Source: an uncultured Chloroflexia bacterium
Lineage (GTDB): Bacteria > Chloroflexota > Anaerolineae > Anaerolineales > Anaerolineaceae
Reading direction: 5' to 3'
Assembly (NCBI GenBank): GCA_963704755.1
Contig: OY969938.1
Location: 1,560,001-1,592,000 of the forward strand
DNA: 32,000 nt
The stretch's first letter is position 1. Each line of letters opens with the position of its first letter. The position numbers and the translations under genes are program-made. Shown in pieces: positions 16,713 through 23,630 of this stretch. The notes under the pieces are model-generated. The model had not been told where the DNA came from. It made no database searches and was given only the letters and a program-made list of their open reading frames with translations.

Positions 16713-16941
16713 CCAATTTCCCGCGAGTGTAAAGCTCGGAGGCCAACCCAGAAAGCTCAGCCTCCGTCTGGGGAATATGGCCTTTGCGGAACCACGTAAT
16801 TGTCGAAGCCTGGCGGCCGATGGTTCGGCCCAGCTCGTCCTCGATATCAGCTATTTTTTTCTTCCCTTGCTTCAATTCGACCTGTTGAATGGCCAGGATT
16901 CCCTCGGTTAACAGGTCCTCAAACCGGTTCGATCGTGCCAT
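16600..16941 (-). CDS. Helix-turn-helix domain protein (N-terminal HTH module of the type fused to larger sensor proteins)
   Basis: The 113-aa sequence 'MARSNRFEDLLTEGILAIQQVELKQGKKKIADIEDELGRTIGRQASTITWFRKGHIPQTEAELSGLASELYTRGKLDAGWVEAFICSTG' fits an HTH module. It ends in a 113-nt overlap with the next ORF in the +1 frame. Confidence 0.55.
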   Translation of the reverse strand: MARSNRFEDLLTEGILAIQQVELKQGKKKIADIEDELGRTIGRQASTITWFRKGHIPQTEAELSGLASELYTRGKLDAGWVEAFICSTGRPDWQDILDRILPPEIRPGWPVYR

Positions 16942-17037
16942 GTGTCCACCCTTAGCTCAATGTAGAAATATTCACAAATTGGCCGGCGATATTTTTTACC
17001 TACACCAGCGGAAATATAGCTTTTATAGCGGCTGCAA

Positions 17038-17057
17038 TTACTCAAACTATTGAGTAA
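17038..17057. promoter_or_regulatory. 7-6-7 palindrome TTACTCA-N6-TGAGTAA, candidate operator
   Basis: Perfect inverted repeat 97 bp upstream of the HTH gene start, in the divergent intergenic region. Confidence 0.3.
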
Positions 17058-17128
17058 GAAACCCGCATTTAACGCGTTCTCGGGGGCTTCTAAACAAAAG
17101 TTTGATTAGTTATTCCAGGTTTTCATTT

Positions 17129-17159
17129 TTTGTAGTTAATTCGGCGCAAATTTGTAGTT
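17129..17159. promoter_or_regulatory. Direct repeat TTTGTAGTT x2 with 22-bp period
   Basis: tttgtagttaattcgg at 17129 and tttgtagttcgcttcgg at 17151. They lie in the divergent region between the HTH gene and the NHL gene. Confidence 0.25.
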
Positions 17160-17427
17160 CGCTTCGGTTGATCCAATTTTATCATAGCCTTAAGCTAACC
17201 TAAGCCCAGGACAAGAGGAATTCCATACCTTACGGACCACAGGATAAAAGCTTTAGAAAATAAAGACCAGTTCGAACTGTGATAAGGCGGATAACAAATC
17301 TCCCACTGTCAACAAACCCAAAACAATTCTTCGATCTCCAGGCATAGCACAGGGGAAACCTGGATTTGTGATTTCCAAACTTCTATTTTCCAGGCACGAA
17401 GCCAAGACAAGGAGCAACTCTATCATC

Positions 17428-20400
17428 ATGAAAAAGTGGATCAATTTGTATTTGTCTTTTGCCTTGATCGGTGCGCTGTTTGTTGCAAGCCGACCTACTT
17501 TGGCCCTGGCGGGCCCAACCGTGAATACTAACGAAGTGTCTGCATATACCGACCAGGCATCGACACAGTCCCTTGCCCTGGGAGAAAGCGGCGTAAGTTA
17601 TCGCTACGTCGCTACCTATGGAATCACCGGTGAACCATATCCCGTCGATGGAGACCATCTGAATACCCCGGCCGGGTTATTCGTGGATGGCAGCGACAAT
17701 TTATATGTAGCCGAGATCAACGCCGACCGGGTTCTGCGTTATGACTCGGAGGGAAATCAAAACCTGGCCATTGGCCAGGTGGGTGCAGGCTATCATCATG
17801 ACAATTTTCTTTATGCCCCCCGAAATATGGCGGTAGATGCGGACGGGAATATTTGGGTGGTAATCGAGCCGGCGATCAAAGAATTCGACCCGGATGGCAA
17901 CCTGATTCAAATCTTTCCTGAAACCGATCCCTGGAATGGCGGGAGTGATAATGACCGTTTCAATTCGCCACGCGACGTTGCTTTCGATAGCGCCGGCCTG
18001 ATGTACGTGGCCGATTCGGGCAACCAGCGCATCCAGATCTACGACGTCTCGGGGGAGACACCCGCCTATGTGGACACGATCGGCGAAACGGGAGTGACCC
18101 ATACCGACAACCTGGGCTTCAACTGGCCGCGCAACCTGGCCTTCGATAGTTCCGGCCGCCTGTATGTTTCGGATCAAGGAAATTTTCGGATCCAACGCTG
18201 TACGTATAGCACCGAATGGACCTGCGAGACTTTCTTTGGCGTCACCGGAGAAAGTGGCCTGGACCCGAATCATTTGAGTGCCCCATCGGGTATGGCTATT
18301 TCCGGAAATATTATGTACCTGGCGGATGGGGGTGGTCACCGGGTTTTGAGTTGCGATTTGGATACCGCCACTTGCGCAAATTTCGCCGGTGTAGCGGGAG
18401 AACCGGGCGACGACAACGACCATCTGGATTATCCGATGGACGTGGCCGTCGATTCGTCCGGCCAGGTTTACGTGGCCGAATGGGACAACTTCCGCGTCCA
18501 GGTGTTTGATATCGAAGGCGTGTACCAGAAAACCTATGGCACGACCGGCGAACCCTACGCTGTGGACGATAGCCACTTGAACTGGCCGGCCGGTGTACAA
18601 AAAACCAATGATGGTGGACTTTTAGTCGTTGAAAACAGCGGCAGCCGGCTGATCAAATATGATTCCAACATGAATCAACAATGGACAAAAGGCACTGCGG
18701 GGATTTCCTGGCTGGACGATTCGCTCAATTATCCCGAGGGTAATGCCGTTCAGGACAGTCTGGGGCGGATTTTCCTGGCGGATACATCCAATAATGATGT
18801 GCGGATTTATTCGGCTAACGGAACGCTTATCGATTATCTCGGTGAAAGATACGTGGGGGGAGACGATAACGGTCATTTCAATTATCCAACAGACGTGGCT
18901 ATTTCACCGCTCAACCAGGATATTCTCGTGGTGGACAAGTTCAACCAGCGGATTCAGGTTTTCTCCTCCAACCTGGCTTACAAGGCCACCCTGGGCGTCA
19001 CCGGTATGAGCGATACAGACAACGCTCACTTCACCAACCCATCCGGCGTGGCAGTCAATTCAGCCGGGAATGTTTTCGTCGCTGATACCGACAATAAACG
19101 GGTGCAAAAATGCGTCCCGGCCGGTACGGCTTACAATTGCGCCACCTTCGCCGGGGAAACCGGGATCGTGGATGACGCATTCAATCATATGAACCCTCTT
19201 TCGGTCGCCATTGGCCCGCATGATTGGGTCTATGTAAGCGATCGCGATAACAACCGGGTCCAGGTTTTCGACACGAGCGGGGCTTACCTCACCACAGTCG
19301 GGGGAAACTGGGGAATCTTATCTGGCCAACTCACCTCCAACTGGGGCATCGACGTGGACGCTGACGGCACACTGTACATAGCCGACACCAACAACGACCG
19401 CATTCAGGTATACGCCCTGGGTGTGGATAATTGGACGCAGGCTAACATCAACGGCTTTGGCGACCGCCGCGCCACCCAGGTTAACTCATTCGTGGTTTAT
19501 GGGAACTATCTTTACGCCGGTGTGAAGGTTGAAGGTGACCCGGATTCTGGCCAGGTCTGGCGTACCTCGGACGGGCAAAACTGGCAAAAAGTTGGGGAAA
19601 ACATGGGCAATGGCGTTAGTTATATGATCAACTTCAAAGACTTGCTTTATCTGGGAAGTCAGAACGGGGATGTGTGGGTCACTTCAAACGGCACAACTTG
19701 GACCAACCTGGTTTCCGGTGGATTCAATGGATCTGCAGGTGAAATTAACCGATTCGAAGTTTTTGGTGACCAGTTATACGCCAGTGTCTGGGATACGGAT
19801 AGCGAAGGCGTCCACATCTGGCGCACTCCTGACGGCACGCATTGGACTGAGTTTGGTGAACCAGGTTTTGGAAACTCCAATAATGTCGGGGTGATCTCCA
19901 GCGAGGTATTCGACGACTGGCTTTATTATGGTACCGCGAATTGGTCCGGTTCAGGAGCGCAAATCTGGCGGACGGACGGGAGCACGTGGGAAGCGATCAA
20001 TACCGACGGGCTTGGAAATAGCGAAAATATGGCCGTTACAGCACTGGAAGCGTTCAATGGATACCTCTACGCCGGATTAGGGATCAACAACGACGGTATC
20101 GAGGTACAACGCACACCCGACGGCACCCATTGGGAAACGGTGGTCACAGATGGATTTGATGAGGTTGATTCCAACCACGCCTGTGCTTTAAAAGTGGTTG
20201 GTAATCGTCTCTACTTGCTAATTGAGAATGACATTGCTGGTTTACAAATTTACCAGACCAAAGACGGATCCCAATTCGAAAAAATTGCCCCGGGTGGGTT
20301 TGGCGACAGCAATAACAGCCAAATGGATTGGGGCAATAGCACCGGTGTCTTCAAAGGTGCCCTTTATGTGGGAACTCACAATTTTGCCAATGGTGGCGAG

Positions 20401-20457
20401 ATCTGGCGATATGGCAACTCGGTGGGAAATATCTTTCTGCCGTTGGTCCTGCGGTAG
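17428..20457 (+). CDS. Secreted NHL-repeat protein with a second C-terminal beta-propeller-like repeat domain (1009 aa from ATG 17428)
   Basis: AAGGAG is at 17409-17414. The signal peptide is 'MKKWINLYLSFALIGALFVASRPTLALA'. About a dozen NHL-type repeats are present, for example 'FNSPRDVAFDSAGLMYVADSGNQRIQIYD'. Seven C-terminal repeats follow the pattern 'LYaG...G..IWRT.DG..W..v...GFG..N'. Confidence 0.85.
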   Translation: MKKWINLYLSFALIGALFVASRPTLALAGPTVNTNEVSAYTDQASTQSLALGESGVSYRYVATYGITGEPYPVDGDHLNTPAGLFVDGSDNLYVAEINADRVLRYDSEGNQNLAIGQVGAGYHHDNFLYAPRNMAVDADGNIWVVIEPAIKEFDPDGNLIQIFPETDPWNGGSDNDRFNSPRDVAFDSAGLMYVADSGNQRIQIYDVSGETPAYVDTIGETGVTHTDNLGFNWPRNLAFDSSGRLYVSDQGNFRIQRCTYSTEWTCETFFGVTGESGLDPNHLSAPSGMAISGNIMYLADGGGHRVLSCDLDTATCANFAGVAGEPGDDNDHLDYPMDVAVDSSGQVYVAEWDNFRVQVFDIEGVYQKTYGTTGEPYAVDDSHLNWPAGVQKTNDGGLLVVENSGSRLIKYDSNMNQQWTKGTAGISWLDDSLNYPEGNAVQDSLGRIFLADTSNNDVRIYSANGTLIDYLGERYVGGDDNGHFNYPTDVAISPLNQDILVVDKFNQRIQVFSSNLAYKATLGVTGMSDTDNAHFTNPSGVAVNSAGNVFVADTDNKRVQKCVPAGTAYNCATFAGETGIVDDAFNHMNPLSVAIGPHDWVYVSDRDNNRVQVFDTSGAYLTTVGGNWGILSGQLTSNWGIDVDADGTLYIADTNNDRIQVYALGVDNWTQANINGFGDRRATQVNSFVVYGNYLYAGVKVEGDPDSGQVWRTSDGQNWQKVGENMGNGVSYMINFKDLLYLGSQNGDVWVTSNGTTWTNLVSGGFNGSAGEINRFEVFGDQLYASVWDTDSEGVHIWRTPDGTHWTEFGEPGFGNSNNVGVISSEVFDDWLYYGTANWSGSGAQIWRTDGSTWEAINTDGLGNSENMAVTALEAFNGYLYAGLGINNDGIEVQRTPDGTHWETVVTDGFDEVDSNHACALKVVGNRLYLLIENDIAGLQIYQTKDGSQFEKIAPGGFGDSNNSQMDWGNSTGVFKGALYVGTHNFANGGEIWRYGNSVGNIFLPLVLR

Positions 20458-20481
20458 AAATCGCATATCCCATTAAGCTTC

Positions 20482-20518
20482 ATGGCCGCCGGAGTTAGGG
20501 GAGACCGGCGGCCATTTT
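20482..20518 (+). terminator. Intrinsic terminator of the NHL gene
   Basis: 11-bp GC-rich stem atggccgccgg / ccggcggccat with a 12-nt loop, followed by TTTT. Confidence 0.75.
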
Positions 20519-20577
20519 AGAGTTGGATAAATGTAGTGGGGTGGCTTTGCCACCCCACTACATTTATCCAACTCTAA
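20517..20577. terminator. 29-nt-arm perfect hairpin immediately after the terminator
   Basis: ttagagttggataaatgtagtggggtggc-ttt-gccaccccactacatttatccaactctaa. Confidence 0.5.
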
Positions 20578-20629
20578 TCCACCCTGCTCAGTTGACCCAA
20601 ACCCTGCAATTAAGGTATACTGCCCTGCT

Positions 20630-21235
20630 GTGGAAGAGATGCAATCTCGAGAAAAGCTCGAACAGCCCGCCGTCCGGGGAAATCAACGCGGGGACTTGTT
20701 CCAAAACCTGTTGAATCTGGACATGCGCCTGTCGGAGGCTGTGCAGCGCTCCCCGGAAGTTTCGCCGGGCTGGAAGGCGGTTGCTTTTCTGGCGCACAGC
20801 GGCGATTTATGGTTCTGGGTGACCGGCCTGGCCGGCCTGTGGCTGCTGGCTCCGCTCAGCCGGGCCTGGGCGGCTTTCTTGATCCTGGCCATCGTGGCCC
20901 TGGCTGCCCTGGTGATGGGCATCAAAATCCTGGTCCGTCGCCGGCGTCCCGAAGGCGATTGGGAGTTTATCCACCGCATCACCGATCCGCATTCTTTCCC
21001 CTCCGGACACGCCGCGCGTGCGTGGATGCTGGCGGTATTTGCCATTCATGCCGGATCTCCTATTTTGGCTAGCGCGGCGGTTCTGTGGGCCATCCTGGTG
21101 AGCCTTTCACGGGTGGCCACCCGCATGCATTATTTTTCCGATGTGCTGGCCGGGACGCTGCTCGGCATTCCGGCCGGGCTGCTCTTCCTGGCTGTTCGAC
21201 CGGTTCTAAGCGCCTGGCTGCCGGGAATTTTTTAG
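20630..21235 (+). CDS. PAP2-family phosphatase (undecaprenyl-diphosphate / phosphatidic acid phosphatase type)
   Basis: All three PAP2 motifs are present: 'KILVRRRRP', 'PSGH' and 'SRVATRMHYFSDV'. The protein is a multi-TM protein. The start is either GTG 20630 or ATG 20639. Confidence 0.85.
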   Translation: MEEMQSREKLEQPAVRGNQRGDLFQNLLNLDMRLSEAVQRSPEVSPGWKAVAFLAHSGDLWFWVTGLAGLWLLAPLSRAWAAFLILAIVALAALVMGIKILVRRRRPEGDWEFIHRITDPHSFPSGHAARAWMLAVFAIHAGSPILASAAVLWAILVSLSRVATRMHYFSDVLAGTLLGIPAGLLFLAVRPVLSAWLPGIF

Positions 21236-21291
21236 CTGGCCCGGGCCAATTTCTTGTGATTCGTATACACCTGTGAGTAGTGTTGAAAAAT

Positions 21292-21344
21292 TTTTGGGTA
21301 TATATGGTGGAGCGGCTTCGCCGCCCCACCATATATACCCAAAA
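21292..21344 (+). terminator. Long hairpin downstream of the PAP2 gene
   Basis: ttttgggtatatatggtgg / ccaccatatatacccaaaa form 19 perfect bp. An inner gcggc-ttc-gccgc stem follows after one A/C mismatch. Confidence 0.6.
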
Positions 21345-21413
21345 TTTTAAAGGACAGGCTGTTTTTCAACGCCCTCCCATCAAGAAAATTTGACGAATGC
21401 CATCCGGTAGAGT

Positions 21414-22709
21414 ATGCTTAATCGATTGAGCGGGCTTATCGGGCGGGCTCTTTTGCCCAATGTCGTCCGGACGGCGTTCGCAATATCGAGCAGGATGTTA
21501 ATCATGGATGAAACCGGTTTAAAGTTAGACCGCCTGGATACAATCGTCCGGCGCGTTTTTTCTATCGAAGATACGACGAATGGCAGTAACAAGGACGGCT
21601 ACCTGGTGCGCTACCACGGCCGCCTGCTGATCGACTCGGTCGAAGCCTACGACCGCATTGCCGAACAACTTCGTCCCCAGGGCATTACCCCCTTATTCCG
21701 CGTTGAAAATGGCCGCCAGACAGTCATCCTGATGGATGGGGTGCAAAACCCCAAGCCGGCTAACCCGCGGGTTAACCTGATCTTCTTCATCTTGACCGTC
21801 CTCAGCGTGCTCTTCACCGGCGGGATCATGAGTATGACCAGTATGCCTTCCGGCTTCCTGGCGATCGTCTGGGCCATTATCAGCCTGGGCTGGCCGTTTA
21901 CGGTCAGCATGCTGGGCATCCTGTTAGCCCACGAGTTTGGCCATTACCTGGCCGGGCGCTACCACAAGACCATGGTCAGCTTGCCTTACCTGCTGCCTTT
22001 GCCTTACCCCATCAGCCCCTTTGGCACGTTAGGCGCGTTTATCAATATGAAAGAAGTGCCGCGTAACCGGCGCATTCTGATGGATATCGCCATTGCCGGA
22101 CCGCTGGCCGGATTGGTTGTGGCCATCCCGGTGTTGTTGTACGGGCTATCGATCTCCACGGTCAGCGTTTTGCCGGCCGGGGCTGCGGCAAGCGGATTGG
22201 GTCCGCTTCAAATGGAAGGTAATTCGATTCTTTACCTGGCCGCTAAGTGGCTGGTTTTTGGCAAATTATTGCCGGCCCCGCTGAGTTACGGCGGCCTTGC
22301 GCCGGCCTTGTACTGGATCCGCTACTTCTTCACCGGCTTACCGCTGCCTTACGGCGGGCTAGACGTCAACATCAGTCCGGTTGCCTGGGCCGGCTGGGGT
22401 GGACTGCTGATCACTTCGCTGAATTTGATCCCGGCCGGGCAATTGGACGGCGGCCATTTGTTTTATACCCTCTTTGGAGTCAAGAATGCCCGCCGGGCAC
22501 TGCTGGTCATCCTGGTCGCGCTGGTCGCCCTGGGCTTCCTCTGGCCAGGCTGGTGGTTATGGGCGGTCTTGGTCCTCCTCTTCGGCCGTGTTTACGCCGA
22601 ACCGCTCGACCAGATCACCCAACTGGACGGTAAGCGTAAAGTGCTGGCCGCTGTGGCCCTGGTGTTATTCCTGCTCTTGTTTACCCCCATCCCGTTGAGC
22701 TTGATGTAA
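21414..22709 (+). CDS. M50-family (site-2 protease-like) integral membrane zinc metalloprotease
   Basis: 'LLAHEFGHYLAGR' provides the HExxH motif and 'NLIPAGQLDGGH' the second metal-ligand motif. Many TM helices are present. Alternative starts at 21495 and 21504 are plausible. Confidence 0.85.
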   Translation: MLNRLSGLIGRALLPNVVRTAFAISSRMLIMDETGLKLDRLDTIVRRVFSIEDTTNGSNKDGYLVRYHGRLLIDSVEAYDRIAEQLRPQGITPLFRVENGRQTVILMDGVQNPKPANPRVNLIFFILTVLSVLFTGGIMSMTSMPSGFLAIVWAIISLGWPFTVSMLGILLAHEFGHYLAGRYHKTMVSLPYLLPLPYPISPFGTLGAFINMKEVPRNRRILMDIAIAGPLAGLVVAIPVLLYGLSISTVSVLPAGAAASGLGPLQMEGNSILYLAAKWLVFGKLLPAPLSYGGLAPALYWIRYFFTGLPLPYGGLDVNISPVAWAGWGGLLITSLNLIPAGQLDGGHLFYTLFGVKNARRALLVILVALVALGFLWPGWWLWAVLVLLFGRVYAEPLDQITQLDGKRKVLAAVALVLFLLLFTPIPLSLM

Positions 22710-22750
22710 GGAATAAAAAAAAGGTAACTACTTAGCTACTGCAGAGGTTT

Positions 22751-22807
22751 AGGGTGTTTTTATTATTTTTTGTGCGCGAAGCGCACAAAAAATAATAAAA
22801 ACACCCT
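22751..22807. terminator. 27-bp perfect hairpin downstream of the M50 gene
   Basis: agggtgtttttattattttttgtgcgc-gaa-gcgcacaaaaaataataaaaacaccct. Confidence 0.6.
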
Positions 22808-22843
22808 CGCCTTGCGCACTTGCCTGTGCAGTTACAAAAAAAG

Positions 22844-22879
22844 AAAAAAAAACCACAGCGTTCACGCTGTGGTTTTTTT
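22844..22879. terminator. Bidirectional intrinsic terminator (A-run, 8-bp stem, T-run)
   Basis: aaaaaaaaa-ccacagcg-ttca-cgctgtgg-ttttttt. Confidence 0.7.
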
Positions 22880-23056
22880 CTTCAACCTCCGTTCTTCTGT
22901 AGTTTTCCTTCTGCATAGCGCTGTAGAGTGGGTGCAGGGCTCATAAACTACGCTAGCGAACAAAGGTTATATATCCCAAACCAAACCTTGCCCGTAACCC
23001 ACCATCCCGCGACAGGCAATCTTGCATTGGCCAGCGCTGTACCTTTACGGCGTTTC

Positions 23057-23096
23057 GCCCTCACCCCAACCCCTCTCCCAGAAACGGGAGAGGGGC
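23057..23096 (-). repeat. REP-like 40-nt hairpin element, copy 2 (inverted relative to copy 1)
   Basis: The reverse complement is gcccctctcccgtttctgggagaggggttggggtgagggc, a 39/40 match to 3010-3049. Confidence 0.8.
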
Positions 23097-23235
23097 TAAG
23101 TGCGGCGATTGAGATCGCAGCGACCTCGGCCGAGGTTTGCGAGGGACCGGGCCGATCAACATTGGGCCATCTTTCTTTCAATAGTAGTTCCTCTTCTTCT
23201 CTTTCTTTTCTCTGTGAACTCTGTGTGCTCCGTGG

Positions 23236-23585
23236 TTAATTTCTTCCTCCAGCTTTTTAGCTTTTTTAGCTTTTTTTCTTCTCCGCGTCCTCTGCGCCTC
23301 CGCGGTTAATTTCTTCCTCTAGCTTTTTAGCTTTTTTAGCTTTTTTTCTTCTCCGCGTCCTCTGCGCCTCCGCGGTTAATTTCTTCCTCTAGCTTTTTAG
23401 CTTTTTTAGCTTTTTTTCTTCTCCGCGTCCTCTGCGCCTCCGCGGTTAATTTCTTCCTCTAGCTTTTTAGCTTTTTTAGCCATTTTTCTTCTCTGCGTCC
23501 TCTGCGCCTCCGCGGTTAATTTCTTCCTCTAGCTTTTTAGCTTTTTTAGCCATTTTTCTTCTCTGCGTCCTCTGCGCCTCCGCGG
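23236..23585. repeat. Tandem repeat, 5 x 70 bp, pyrimidine-rich on the plus strand, flanked by decayed partial copies
   Basis: The unit is ttaatttcttcctctagctttttagcttttttagctttttttcttctccgcgtcctctgcgcctccgcgg, starting at 23236, 23306, 23376, 23446 and 23516. Units 2 and 3 are identical, and units 4 and 5 are identical. Unit 1 differs from unit 2 at 1 position, and units 4 and 5 differ from unit 2 at 3 positions. Degenerate copies lie at about 23166-23235 and 23586-23612. Confidence 0.95.
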
Positions 23586-23616
23586 TGAATATTCTTCTTC
23601 TCCGTGCCTCCCAGGG

Positions 23617-23622
23617 TATAAT
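23617..23622 (+). promoter_or_regulatory. Consensus -10 hexamer TATAAT 8 nt before the polX ATG (leaderless-type arrangement)
   Basis: gggTATAATattcctgtATG. There is no purine-rich SD between the hexamer and the ATG at 23631. Confidence 0.4.
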
Positions 23623-23630
23623 ATTCCTGT

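Noticed and set aside
17262-17280. 'ccagttcgaactg' resembling a tRNA T-arm (GTTCGAA)
   Set aside because: There is no acceptor stem, D-arm or anticodon arm around it, and the surrounding sequence is AT-rich spacer.
17368-17427. N-terminal 20-codon extension of the NHL gene given in the ORF track
   Set aside because: The ATG at 17428 is preceded by AAGGAG and starts a canonical signal peptide (MKKW...ALA). The extension 'MISKLLFSRHEAKTRSNSII' would bury that signal peptide.
20523-20714. 63-aa ORF starting inside the 20517-20577 hairpin
   Set aside because: Its first 18 codons are the palindrome itself, it has no SD, and it overlaps the PAP2 gene start out of frame.
22928-23239. 103-aa ORF in the polX upstream gap
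   Set aside because: It reads through the REP-like element ('LTPTPLPETGEGL') and into the decayed repeat ('SSSSSSLSFL'). This is the typical spurious translation of repeats.
23236-23585. Regular 70-bp periodic array that might be taken for a CRISPR locus
   Set aside because: The whole 70-nt unit repeats, so there are no unique spacers. There is no palindromic 28-37-nt repeat separated by variable sequence, and no cas genes are in the window.
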